Source: an uncultured Candidatus Saccharibacteria bacterium
GTDB lineage: Bacteria > Patescibacteriota > Minisyncoccia > Phycocordibacterales > UBA9973
Assembly (NCBI GenBank): GCA_964387965.1
Contig: CAYLXO010000004.1
Span: forward strand, 1-44,364
Length of the DNA: 44,364 nucleotides
Direction: 5' to 3'
Made by a program: the position numbers and the translations under genes. Each line of letters starts with the position of its first letter. The stretch's first letter is position 1. Positions 8,159 through 17,270 of this stretch are shown piece after piece. The notes below the pieces were generated by a model. It saw nothing but the letters and a program-made list of their open reading frames with translations, did not search any database and had not been told where the DNA came from.

Positions 8159-8911
8159 AGAAAATTTTTTTTAATATTGTTTTGGGATTTCAACCAAAAC
8201 GGATGCACATAATAATTAACTCGACACTGATGTTAATTGCGTGCATCATTTATTTTTTTGCAAAACGATGTGTAAAACGTTTTGCTATCTTCCCTACATT
8301 TCTGTAGGTCTGATCATTGAACTATTTTGTTTTCGATTTTGATTTCTCAAAATCGAAAACTGTTCTGCCGTGTCGACATGGCATGTGACATATATATGTG
8401 TGATCAAGATGCTAGATGCAAAGTGATATCACAACAAATACTGTTACAAGAAGTGACGGACGGCGCTCGAAAACTTATTCTCAAAAATTTTTACATTATA
8501 TTAAATCGGATTAATGCCGAAAAAATAATCACATAAAAAATGTTGAGTACGCAAAAACATTTTCATATTTTTTGCGCTATGTAGTTTTCAATGACCAATC
8601 CGTCGCACATATCCAAAATGTATTACATTGTCGAGAGGCCTATCCTCCTCGTCAAAACAATTTGGACATGCACTTGATACGCAATCGCGCCACGCAATAA
8701 ATGCGCGGAGAAAACTGCGTACACGCACATTATATTCCCTCTACCCTATACGGGCAAAGTAATATAATGTGGATAACCACTATAGCCTAAAAGGGCTAAA
8801 AAATCAACCGCGAAGCTTATTTTATATATTTTGAGCTATGTAGATAACTAAGCTATTTCTATTGATTGAATAGTACCTCTCTGTGCCACATAAAGCTGAG
8901 GAATATTCATA

Positions 8912-9754
8912 TTAAAGGTATTCGATAGATTCAGTATAGGTACTCCAACGCTTCTCCCCCTGCTTCTTAAGTACACCTTCCTTAACTAACGACAAAAGTT
9001 CACGCTGTACAGTCTTTTCACCCACACCAGGAAGAGCAAGTAATACATCTTTAATAGTTGCTCTTCCTTTATTTCGGACAATAGAAAGGATGTCATCACG
9101 GCGCATGTTTTTTGCTAGCTGATCAGCGCGCTTGAATGTCCGATGACTCTGACTGTTAGAAACAGTTTCTCTATCAGACTTTGTATAAAGGACATTACTG
9201 AAACTCGATTGTCCTTTATCCAAAATGCTTTTCTTGTAAGGGTTTTCTAAAAGACTTACATTGTTAGTACCGACATCAAACATTTCACTTTTAAGGACAA
9301 CATTTCGATAGCCTGGATGAGTCACTGTGTGTGTGCGTGGTGCTCCATACAATACATCGATTTCGTTACGGACCTTTTCTATCTCTGAAGTGATAATGCG
9401 AGCATTCATTTCAGAAATAATTCCGATAGTTGATGCGAGTTTGATAAGGACCAAAATATGCTCAGCCCCAGCACGTAAATCTTCAATCACTGTATAGCTT
9501 GGCTCGGTTGAAGTGTGTCCTATTTTTCGTGTCCATTTTATGAGCTCCAAAGACAAGGACCGGAGCTCGTGTCTCATTGGTTCAGACTCAGAAACAAAGT
9601 CCGTTACCATATAAATTGCTGTAGATATCTTTTCAGACTTTTTAACTATTACGGACATCGAATTATGCTTATGATTAAAGCTTTTTGTGAGTTCTTCGAC
9701 ATGTTCCTGTCCGTGAGAATTTGTATTGGACTTATTGAAATTTGATGTTTCCAT
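8912..9754 (-). CDS. Hypothetical protein with a C-terminal winged-helix DNA-binding domain
   Basis: The 280-aa ORF has an ATG start. The C-terminus is RRDDILSIVRNKGRATIKDVLLALPGVGEKTVQRELLSLVKEGVLKKQGEKRWSTY (DeoR/wHTH-like). The N-terminal helical domain is unassigned. Confidence 0.6.
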   Translation of the reverse strand: METSNFNKSNTNSHGQEHVEELTKSFNHKHNSMSVIVKKSEKISTAIYMVTDFVSESEPMRHELRSLSLELIKWTRKIGHTSTEPSYTVIEDLRAGAEHILVLIKLASTIGIISEMNARIITSEIEKVRNEIDVLYGAPRTHTVTHPGYRNVVLKSEMFDVGTNNVSLLENPYKKSILDKGQSSFSNVLYTKSDRETVSNSQSHRTFKRADQLAKNMRRDDILSIVRNKGRATIKDVLLALPGVGEKTVQRELLSLVKEGVLKKQGEKRWSTYTESIEYL

Positions 9755-9807
9755 TAGAGTTTTTCTGACCTATTAATTTAATGTTTTTTTGTCCTATAAC
9801 CTGCAGG

Positions 9808-9835
9808 ATTATACGCTTCAATAGTCCTTTTGCAA
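9808..9835 (-). promoter_or_regulatory. Candidate promoter TTGCAA-16 nt-TATAAT for CDS 8912-9754
   Basis: The minus strand reads TTGCAAaaggactattgaagcgTATAATcctgc, ~50 nt upstream of the ATG. Confidence 0.45.
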
Positions 9836-9960
9836 GCCTATTCATGAAAGTCTCTGAATATGTTTTTTGACAAATGTTTTGTGTAATTCTTTGGCATTTC
9901 TTTCGCAACAAAATAGAACATCTTCCTCTTGATTTTTTACTTCAATTTTTCGTTAAAAAT

Positions 9961-12243
9961 ATGCCTGTGGATAAAGAAATATATGATAAAATATTCGCAG
10001 TTATGGCAAAAAAAATTGAGGAAGAAAAAGACGAAGATGAGGTTGAAGTGGAAGAAAAACCTGTGCGAAAATCTGGTACTCGAAAGAAGAAAGTTGAGCA
10101 AAAAGGGAGACTAAAAGAAGAGACGAAACATACCGTGATTGGTGTGATATTTTTTGCACTTTCACTATTTTTTATAATCGCAGGTGTTGGTTCTGGTGGC
10201 ATTGTTGGAGCATCAACAAAAAGTTTTCTTTCGTATGTACTCGGTATTGGATATATACTCGCGCCAATATTTTTTGCTGTTCTTGGAGTTACATTTATGC
10301 GTACTGGGAAGCCATCAGTTGCATATATGAAAATAGTTGGGACTGTTTTGTTTTTAGCGGGAGCGCTCGGACTTGTTGACATCGCAAGTGGCGATGCTCA
10401 TCGTGGAGGAGTCATCGGACAATTTTTTGGTTACATATTCATCGCACCATTCGCGACCGCAGGAGCGATTCTCTTTTTGGGAGCGTTTCTTGTTATCTCA
10501 ATTGTTATCTTATTTGACTCTCGCCCTACCCTTTCGATATTTAATGCGCTTATCGAACGTGCACGAACATGGTGGGAAGACCGCCAAGAACTTCGTCGTG
10601 CAAACAAAGAACTTGTAGTAAACGAACCCGAAGAAATCGAACCCGAAGAACGTGAAGAAGAGGATGAAGATGAGACAGAAGATATAGAAGAATATGTTGC
10701 AGAAGAAGTAGTAGAACCAAAATCAAAAAAACAGAAGCAGGTATTCAAGCGTCATTCATCATATGTTCCCCCACCACTTGATCTTCTTAAGTATGATAGT
10801 GGTAAGCCAAACGTTGGAGACGTAAAAGGTAATGCCAACATCATTAAACGTTCACTTTCAAACTTCGGTATTGAAGTTGAGATGGACGAGGTGACCATCG
10901 GACCTACTGTTACACGGTATGCGCTTAAGCCAGCAGAAGGGGTAAAGCTCTCACGTATTGTTGGTCTCCAAAACGACCTTTCTCTTGCCCTCGCTGCCCA
11001 CCCTATCCGTATTGAAGCTCCTATTCCTGGCAAATCACTTGTTGGAATTGAAATCCCAAACAAAGCAAAATCTATTGTCGGTCTTGCGACCCTTCTTTCG
11101 GACGATAAGTTTAGAGATGCGGAAAAACCACTCATGGTAGCACTCGGCCGTGGAATTAATGGGTCAGCTCAGTTTGGAAATATGGCAAAAATGCCACACG
11201 TCCTTGTCGCTGGAGCTACTGGTTCAGGTAAATCAGTAACGATTCACTCTATTGTGACTTCGCTCTTATATAAAAATGGCCCAGCCGACCTCCGCTTTAT
11301 CATGATTGATCCAAAGCGCGTTGAGCTTACACTTTATAACAAGATCCCTCACCTACTCACACCTGTCATCACTGACGCGAAAAAGGCAATTCTTGCACTT
11401 AAATGGGCTGCAAAAGAAATGGATCGCCGATATGACATCCTTGAAACAGAATCAGTGCGTGATATCGAAAGTTATCACAAAAATGTTCTTGCTAATATGG
11501 AAAAATCAAAAGAGGGTGACGAAAATGCTCCCGCTGCTGACCCAATGCCATATATTGTCATCATTATCGATGAATTGGCAGATATTATGCAGGCATACCC
11601 ACGCGAACTCGAATCGGCTATCGTTCGTCTTGCGCAGATGTCTCGTGCAGTTGGTATTCACCTCCTTCTTTCGACACAACGCCCTTCAGTAAACGTTATT
11701 ACTGGACTCATCAAAGCAAACGTACCAGCTCGTGTCGCCCTTCAGGTATCAAGCCAGATAGACTCTCGTACGATCTTGGATGCAGGAGGTGCAGAAAAAT
11801 TGCTTGGAGCTGGAGATATGCTCTACTCTGCAGGTGATATGCCTCAACCAGAACGTTTGCAAAGTGCCTTTATATCAGAAGCTGAGGTTAAATCTGTTGT
11901 TAAATGGATTATTACCCACAATGAAGAAGGTGGGGCTGACGAATTGGTGCTCACAGGCACAGTATCTGCTGACAAAAATATATTTGAAGCATCTCTTGAA
12001 GATGAAGACGGCGGAGATGAATTATACGAGGATGCTCGTATGACAGTCATCGAAGCTGGAAAAGCCTCTACCTCATTCCTTCAACGTAAACTCGGAGTAG
12101 GATATGCCCGTGCAGCTCGTCTTATCGACATGCTTGAAGAACGTGGCGTTATCGGCCCTGGCTCAGGAGCAAAACCTCGTGACGTGCTTGTTAAACCAGG
12201 TGATGGACTTATGGATGAACCAGTCACACCAAGCGGAGAATAA
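9961..12243 (+). CDS. ftsK: DNA translocase FtsK/SpoIIIE
   Basis: Motifs seen are Walker A VAGATGSGKSV, Walker B IVIIIDELADIM, a C-terminal gamma wHTH (STSFLQRKLGVGYARAARLIDMLEERGVIG), N-terminal TM helices and an acidic linker. The ORF track starts at 9874, but the first 29 aa look non-coding, so the ATG at 9961 (MPVDKEIY..) is preferred. Confidence 0.9.
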   Translation: MPVDKEIYDKIFAVMAKKIEEEKDEDEVEVEEKPVRKSGTRKKKVEQKGRLKEETKHTVIGVIFFALSLFFIIAGVGSGGIVGASTKSFLSYVLGIGYILAPIFFAVLGVTFMRTGKPSVAYMKIVGTVLFLAGALGLVDIASGDAHRGGVIGQFFGYIFIAPFATAGAILFLGAFLVISIVILFDSRPTLSIFNALIERARTWWEDRQELRRANKELVVNEPEEIEPEEREEEDEDETEDIEEYVAEEVVEPKSKKQKQVFKRHSSYVPPPLDLLKYDSGKPNVGDVKGNANIIKRSLSNFGIEVEMDEVTIGPTVTRYALKPAEGVKLSRIVGLQNDLSLALAAHPIRIEAPIPGKSLVGIEIPNKAKSIVGLATLLSDDKFRDAEKPLMVALGRGINGSAQFGNMAKMPHVLVAGATGSGKSVTIHSIVTSLLYKNGPADLRFIMIDPKRVELTLYNKIPHLLTPVITDAKKAILALKWAAKEMDRRYDILETESVRDIESYHKNVLANMEKSKEGDENAPAADPMPYIVIIIDELADIMQAYPRELESAIVRLAQMSRAVGIHLLLSTQRPSVNVITGLIKANVPARVALQVSSQIDSRTILDAGGAEKLLGAGDMLYSAGDMPQPERLQSAFISEAEVKSVVKWIITHNEEGGADELVLTGTVSADKNIFEASLEDEDGGDELYEDARMTVIEAGKASTSFLQRKLGVGYARAARLIDMLEERGVIGPGSGAKPRDVLVKPGDGLMDEPVTPSGE

Positions 12244-12248
12244 AAACT

Positions 12249-12704
12249 ATGACAAAAGGAATGACAGCAAAGAAAATGGTGCGGATTGTGGGAATTGTGA
12301 TGCTCTTTGTTGTCGTTGTTGGGTACGGGATATGGGGAGGAAAAGATCTACTCTTTGGAATACATTTTAAATCGCTCAATATCACAGATGGTATGCGCGC
12401 TGAAACGTCCCCTATTGAAATTATAGGTATCGCTCCTCGCGCAAAAAATATTACTATTGACGGTGGTCCGATATCAGTTGGAGAAGACGGAAGCTTCCAC
12501 GACACACGAGCACTGCTCCCTGGATACAATTCAATTACAATCTCAGCCTCTGACAAATTTGGTCAAACGATTACAAAAAATTTTCAAGTCTACTACCCTC
12601 CTCCGCCTGAAAAATCAACTCCCGCAATAATAGAGACAATTGAAGAAGAAAAGCCAACCACAGATCAACCCACACAAGAATCAGAAAAAATTATAAATAA
12701 TTAA
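12249..12704 (+). CDS. Membrane-anchored hypothetical protein (N-terminal TM, small beta domain, Pro/Glu/Thr-rich tail)
   Basis: The 151-aa ORF starts 6 nt after the ftsK stop. The TM helix is [20 protein letters not shown]. Confidence 0.6.
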   Translation: MTKGMTAKKMVRIVGIVMLFVVVVGYGIWGGKDLLFGIHFKSLNITDGMRAETSPIEIIGIAPRAKNITIDGGPISVGEDGSFHDTRALLPGYNSITISASDKFGQTITKNFQVYYPPPPEKSTPAIIETIEEEKPTTDQPTQESEKIINN

Positions 12705-12717
12705 TATACACGCATAT

Positions 12718-13773
12718 ATGGCACTCGCAAAAAAAGCAGCAAAGGAAAAGAAAGAATCAGGAATGGACATCCAAGACACTATTAAATCAATTCAGACAAA
12801 ATTCGGCGAAGGAGCCATCATGAAATTGGGCGATGCTCCTAAGGTAGACATAAACGTCATCCCTACAGGTTCACTCGGGCTTGATATGGCGCTTGGCGTT
12901 GGTGGTGTTCCTCGTGGACGTATCATCGAAATCTTTGGGCCAGAATCAAGCGGTAAAACAACACTCGCCCTTCATATTGTGGCTGAAGCACAAAGAAAGG
13001 GCGGTGTCTGTGCATATATCGATGCAGAACATGCGATGGATCCTGTGTATGCAAAGAATTTGGGAGTAAATACAAATGATCTCCTTATTTCTCAACCTGA
13101 CACAGGAGAACAAGGTCTTGAAATCTGTGAATCACTTGTCCGAAGTGGAAAAATTGATGTTGTTGTTGTCGACTCAGTCGCAGCACTTACTCCAAAAGAT
13201 GAAATTGAGGGAGATATGGGCCAGCAACACGTTGGAAAACAAGCGCGTCTTATGTCTCAAGCGCTCCGTAAGCTTACCGCTATTGTGGCAAAATCAAATA
13301 CGGTTGTTATTTTCATCAACCAAATCCGCATGCAAATCGGTGTCATGTTCGGTAACCCAGAAACAACTCCGGGTGGAAAGGCGCTTAAATTCTACACAAG
13401 CGTCCGTCTTGATATCCGCCGTATCGCTCAAATAAAAAAGGGTGACGAAGTTGTCGGAGGTCGCACACGAGTCAAAGTAGTAAAAAATAAAGTTGCAGCG
13501 CCATTCAAACAGACTGAATTCGATATTATTTATGGTGAAGGTATCTCGTATGAAGGAGAACTAATGGCACTCGGAGAAAAACTTGGCATAGTTTCAAAAT
13601 CTACAGGAGGATCGTACTCATACCTACCGAAAGAAAAAGAAGAACTCAAAATGGGACGAGGATATGATGCAACTCGTACGTTCTTGAAGGAAAACGGCAA
13701 AATTGCAAAAGAAATTGAAAAAAATATTCGTGCACGATTTTCTGAAATACAAGTACCGGGGGCAAGCGAATAA
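12718..13773 (+). CDS. recA: Recombinase RecA
   Basis: Seen are Walker [36 protein letters not shown], and [28 protein letters not shown]. Confidence 0.98.
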   Translation: MALAKKAAKEKKESGMDIQDTIKSIQTKFGEGAIMKLGDAPKVDINVIPTGSLGLDMALGVGGVPRGRIIEIFGPESSGKTTLALHIVAEAQRKGGVCAYIDAEHAMDPVYAKNLGVNTNDLLISQPDTGEQGLEICESLVRSGKIDVVVVDSVAALTPKDEIEGDMGQQHVGKQARLMSQALRKLTAIVAKSNTVVIFINQIRMQIGVMFGNPETTPGGKALKFYTSVRLDIRRIAQIKKGDEVVGGRTRVKVVKNKVAAPFKQTEFDIIYGEGISYEGELMALGEKLGIVSKSTGGSYSYLPKEKEELKMGRGYDATRTFLKENGKIAKEIEKNIRARFSEIQVPGASE

Positions 13774-13791
13774 CTCTCCCCTACAAAAATT

Positions 13792-13819
13792 TCCCGCACG
13801 ATATGTGCGGGATTTTTTG
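13792..13819. terminator. Bidirectional terminator between convergent recA and CDS 13828-14268
   Basis: It reads CCCGCAC-gatat-GTGCGGG followed by ATTTTTTG. Confidence 0.8.
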
Positions 13820-13827
13820 TTTGAAAA

Positions 13828-14268
13828 TTAATTTTCGGATGGAAAACCATCTTTGTCAGAAGTTTCATCAATGATATCACTCGGGGATACAACAATATTG
13901 ATATTTACAGTTGAATTAGGGTTATGAAAAATATCATCGAACACTGACACATACTGATGTTTGAATTCATGCATATTTTTCATCTCAGAACCAAACGAGA
14001 CATCTGTTGGATCCTGCACTTCAAATGATACATAGAGCGGTCCGATTTTTTCATCAACCGGAGACGTAAATTTGTAGTAGAAGTGTCCATGAAATTCGAC
14101 TGTATGAACTAATACTGCCCGTCCATCAATAATAGCTTCTGTTTTAGGCTCCGTCGCTGTAGTAAATGGCCCTAAAAAGCCTTGTTCTTCATCAACATAC
14201 GAGACAAAATCTACGCTTGTTGGAAAGCACAGTGACTCATCGATTTGTTTACTCGTTAGAATATCCAT
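13828..14268 (-). CDS. Acidic hypothetical protein (146 aa), no recognisable motif
   Basis: The ORF has an ATG start, is bounded by a terminator, and has coding-like composition. Confidence 0.5.
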   Translation of the reverse strand: MDILTSKQIDESLCFPTSVDFVSYVDEEQGFLGPFTTATEPKTEAIIDGRAVLVHTVEFHGHFYYKFTSPVDEKIGPLYVSFEVQDPTDVSFGSEMKNMHEFKHQYVSVFDDIFHNPNSTVNINIVVSPSDIIDETSDKDGFPSEN

Positions 14269-14330
14269 ATATAAAGGGATTTAGGTTCTCTTTAATTTTG
14301 TTCTCCATTTGTGTTGCTGTCAATATATGC

Positions 14331-14359
14331 TTGAAAAAAGACCGTATTTCAGCTAGAAT
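14331..14359 (+). promoter_or_regulatory. Candidate promoter TTGAAA-17 nt-TAGAAT for efp
   Basis: It reads TTGAAAaaagaccgtatttcagcTAGAAT, ~44 nt upstream of the efp ATG. Confidence 0.5.
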
Positions 14360-14402
14360 CCTCATATCTTATAAATTACGAGCCTTTAGGGCTTTTTTGT
14401 TT

Positions 14403-14984
14403 ATGGCAAAACTTGAATACAACGAAATCCGCGTCGGTAAAATTATCATCCACAATGATGAGCCATGTGAAGTGCTCGACAATCACGTTGCCCGTACACA
14501 ACAGCGCAAACCACAGAATGCCGTAAAACTTCGATCACTTAAAAGTGGTCGAGCCTACAACGAAGTATTCCACGTGTCAGATTCTGCTGATGAAGCTGAA
14601 ATTGAGAAACGCGATGTGAAGTTTCTTTTTACAAACAAAGGTGAATTCTGGTTTGCTGATCCAAAAGATCCTTCAAACCGATTTAAGCTTGATGAAAAGC
14701 TTATTGGTGACAAAGTTAAGTTTTTGAAACCAAATGAAATTGTAAGTGCCCTCGTTTGGACAAATGACGATGAAGAAGAAGAGACTATCGGAGTAGCACT
14801 TCCAATCAAAGTCACATTTACTGTGAAGGAAGCTCCCCCATCTATTAAGGGAAACACAGCGAACGGTGGAGGAAAATTGATTGTTCTTGAAAATGGAACA
14901 AGTATCACAGCTCCTTTCTTCGTAGAAACTGGTGATAAAATTGTTGTTAATACTCAAACGGGTGAATACGTAGAACGGGCATAA
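14403..14984 (+). CDS. efp: Translation elongation factor P
   Basis: The protein reads MAKLEYNEIRVGKIIIHNDEPCEVLDNHV...AVKLRSLKSGR...GEFWFAD...KEAPPSIKGNTANGGGK...ETGDKIVVNTQTGEYVERA. The ORF track entry 14166..14984 is an upstream run-on without a stop. Confidence 0.9.
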   Translation: MAKLEYNEIRVGKIIIHNDEPCEVLDNHVARTQQRKPQNAVKLRSLKSGRAYNEVFHVSDSADEAEIEKRDVKFLFTNKGEFWFADPKDPSNRFKLDEKLIGDKVKFLKPNEIVSALVWTNDDEEEETIGVALPIKVTFTVKEAPPSIKGNTANGGGKLIVLENGTSITAPFFVETGDKIVVNTQTGEYVERA

Positions 14985-15000
14985 CATTTCAAAGCAAATC

Positions 15001-15026
15001 AAAAAACCGCCAACTGGCGGTTTTTT
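15001..15026. terminator. Bidirectional terminator AAAAAACCGCC-aact-GGCGGTTTTTT between convergent efp and rpsR
   Basis: It is a perfect 11-bp inverted repeat with A and T runs. Confidence 0.85.
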
Positions 15027-15039
15027 GATTAAGTCTGTA

Positions 15040-15240
15040 TTACTTAGCGATATAAGGGAGAAGTCCCATAAATCGTGCACGCTTGATAGCAAGAGCTACT
15101 TTGCGCTGATTCCCTGCAGTGAGGCCTGTACGGCGACGAGAGAGTATCTTTGCTGACGGACCAAGAAACTTTTTCAAAAGATCTGTGTCCTTGTAGTCAA
15201 CAAACTTTATGTTATTTGATGAGAAAAAATCTTGTTTCAT
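15040..15240 (-). CDS. rpsR: 30S ribosomal protein S18
   Basis: The 66-aa protein contains [13 protein letters not shown]...[32 protein letters not shown]. Confidence 0.95.
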   Translation of the reverse strand: MKQDFFSSNNIKFVDYKDTDLLKKFLGPSAKILSRRRTGLTAGNQRKVALAIKRARFMGLLPYIAK

Positions 15241-15264
15241 ACAATTGATTTAAACGTTAGTAAT

Positions 15265-15720
15265 TTAGAATGGAATATCTTCGCTGGATATATCATCATC
15301 TGGATAATCGATAGTATCAACATCCTTTGCACCAGGAGCGTTTGATTGTGCATCGTCTGCTCCTTTGTATGAAGAACCTCCGCTAGAAGCTCCACCTTTT
15401 GGACCAAACTGTACACGATCTGCGACAATCTCTGTTCGGTAATTTTTCTTTCCGTCTGTTCCATCCCAGCTTCGTGTTTGAAGTCGTCCTTCAACCATAA
15501 GCATATTCCCTTTCTTGATGTACTGAGCAACAGTTTCTGCTTGTCTTCCAAAAACAACGACGTTATGAAAATCTGTCTGCTCTTTTTTTTGTCCTGACTG
15601 ATCTTTCCATACACGATTTGTTGCAATTGAAAGCGATGTAACTTTTGCACCTGATGGCAATGCCTTTATTTCAGGATCACGAGTGACATTACCGATGATT
15701 ATTGCTTTGTTGTAAAACAT
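15265..15720 (-). CDS. ssb: Single-stranded DNA-binding protein
   Basis: It has an OB-fold N-terminus (NKAIIIGNVTRDPE...FHNVVVFGRQAE), a Gly/Ser-rich linker and an acidic C-terminal tip DDDISSEDIPF. Confidence 0.95.
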   Translation of the reverse strand: MFYNKAIIIGNVTRDPEIKALPSGAKVTSLSIATNRVWKDQSGQKKEQTDFHNVVVFGRQAETVAQYIKKGNMLMVEGRLQTRSWDGTDGKKNYRTEIVADRVQFGPKGGASSGGSSYKGADDAQSNAPGAKDVDTIDYPDDDISSEDIPF

Positions 15721-15791
15721 ATTTTTGTTTTGCTAGCTTACATTGTCGACGTATGCACTAAATGTACACCCTATCGCACATTGCTTGCAAA

Positions 15792-16289
15792 CTACGCTGC
15801 TTCCTTGTCGCTTACAAGTGCATCAATTTCGCGATCAATTTCCTCTTTGCTCATTTCTGGAGCATTTGGATCTTTTTCTTTTGAAGCTACTCCCTTTCGG
15901 CGAACACTCATTGGGCGTTTTGCAGACATTGTATTTTCACGAACTGTCTTAACAACGAGAAAACGAACAACATCTCCACGCAAGCGAAGTTCAGCATCAA
16001 GAGCCTTGAGTGCATCTGCTGCAAGCTCGAACTTGATCCATGAGAAAAACGCTTCGTTGTATCGTTCGATTTTATTGTTAAATGGGCGCTCGATAGTGTA
16101 TGCAAGTGCCATGTGCTTTGGAAATTCTTCCGAAATAGCAACACCACCATGCTTTTGCACTACATCTTTAATCGCACCAAACGCTTCAGGAAGTTTTTCT
16201 TCTGTGATTTCTGGCACAAGAAGAAAGCCGAGTTCGTATACATTTCCCTCGCCTACTACTGAGTTCATATTTTCATCCATATGATACAT
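15792..16289 (-). CDS. rpsF: 30S ribosomal protein S6 with a Lys/Glu-rich C-terminal extension
   Basis: The protein contains YELGFLLVPEITEEKL...HGGVAISEEFPKHMALAYTI...VVRFLVVK. The gene order is rpsF-ssb-rpsR. Alternative ATGs at 16280 and 16268 are possible. Confidence 0.85.
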   Translation of the reverse strand: MYHMDENMNSVVGEGNVYELGFLLVPEITEEKLPEAFGAIKDVVQKHGGVAISEEFPKHMALAYTIERPFNNKIERYNEAFFSWIKFELAADALKALDAELRLRGDVVRFLVVKTVRENTMSAKRPMSVRRKGVASKEKDPNAPEMSKEEIDREIDALVSDKEAA

Positions 16290-16431
16290 GCGGTAAAACC
16301 GCTAAAATTCCTTTTAAAATAAAGCCAAAATGGCTTTTGTCTTGTTTCGGACCATGCGATACGGTTATCAGTACCATATCGAACAAGACGGGCATACATT
16401 ACCTCAAAAATGAGCTTTTAGCAAGGTCAAA

Positions 16432-17268
16432 TTAAAACCCAAACACTCGACGCGCGTTTTCTACAAGTTGCACACGAACATCTTCCTCAGGAAGGCCTTT
16501 TATGCGGGCGATGGCTTTTACTACTTCTCGCACATGGAGTGGTTCGTTACGTTTCCCACGATACGGCGTAGGTGTTATATACGGACAATCTGTTTCGGAC
16601 AAAATCATATCAAGCGGAATATTGCGTACTACTTCGTCATAGTCATGCGTAAACGTAAGGACCCCCGTAAATGAAAGTGTGAATCCAAGATCTAAAAAGA
16701 GTTGAGCCTCTTCCCAATTCCCTGCGAAAAAATGTATGTCTCCTTTTACTTTTGCATATTGCTTCAAAATTTCTGCCGCATCACGATATGCACTACGTCC
16801 AGACCCACTTCTGATATGACACATGAGCGGTTTGCCTACGGCATTTGCAACTTCAATATGTTTGATGAAAATCTCTCGTTGTAATTCTGCTGTCCCTTCA
16901 TCGAGTCTGTAATAATCGAGCCCGCACTCGCCAATCGCGCGTACTTTTGGATTGCGTGCAAGTTCTAAATAATAGTCAGTATCAAATTCTTCGCCACGTG
17001 ATGTAAATGCCTTCCCTTCTTCTCCAAGCTCTTGTGTGTCATGGTGAGATTTTGTTGTGTGAATCGGATGAAGTGCGATGGCTGCATACACACCATGTTC
17101 ATAGTTGTTTGCAAGATCTACTGCAAATTTTGATGTATCTTGTTGTGTCCCCACATTCATCATCCATACACCATCAGCATGAGCGCGTTCAATAACAGCA
17201 TCACGATCTTCTTCGTATGCTTTAAAATTTACATGTGCATGCACATCGATATATTGAGGATCGTTCAT
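16432..17268 (-). CDS. TatD-family metal-dependent hydrolase (DNase)
   Basis: IDVHAHVNF at the N-terminus, ECGLDYY, MCHIRSG, HFFAGN and SETDCPYITP give the TatD/YcfH His/Glu/Asp pattern. The position downstream of metG is the common one. Confidence 0.85.
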   Translation of the reverse strand: MNDPQYIDVHAHVNFKAYEEDRDAVIERAHADGVWMMNVGTQQDTSKFAVDLANNYEHGVYAAIALHPIHTTKSHHDTQELGEEGKAFTSRGEEFDTDYYLELARNPKVRAIGECGLDYYRLDEGTAELQREIFIKHIEVANAVGKPLMCHIRSGSGRSAYRDAAEILKQYAKVKGDIHFFAGNWEEAQLFLDLGFTLSFTGVLTFTHDYDEVVRNIPLDMILSETDCPYITPTPYRGKRNEPLHVREVVKAIARIKGLPEEDVRVQLVENARRVFGF

Positions 17269-17270
17269 AC

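Noticed and set aside
8588-8729. A minus-strand ~45-codon frame with a CxxxxCPNC zinc-ribbon-like pattern inside the long spacer.
   Set aside because: It has no ATG. The only start candidate, a GTG, abuts the TATAAT box and would not be transcribed. There is only one Cys pair and no RBS, so it is probably chance.
8720-8780. The inverted ATAATGT motifs near ftsK considered as a dif (XerCD) site.
   Set aside because: The arms are 26 nt apart instead of 6. The conserved XerD-arm TTATGTnAAnT is absent.
1964-9974. Three perfect DnaA-box 9-mers, TGTGGATAA (1964-1972, 8768-8776, 9966-9974), all in the same orientation, plus an 8/9 match at 965-973. This raised the possibility of an oriC.
   Set aside because: The boxes are spread over 9 kb and not clustered. 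There is no adjacent AT-rich unwinding element, dnaA or dnaN, and one box lies inside the ftsK coding start. A few chance hits to a 9-mer are plausible at this AT content. It is worth rechecking only with genome-wide GC skew.
14166-14402. N-terminal extensions in the ORF track: efp 14166, thyA 41048, ftsK 9874, SemiSWEET 31457 (TTG), helicase 41007 (TTG), TPR protein 4849 (TTG), and membrane protein 1853 (GTG).
   Set aside because: The extensions run through promoters, terminators or the T-box hairpin. They translate to implausible sequence, and family-typical N-termini begin at internal ATGs.
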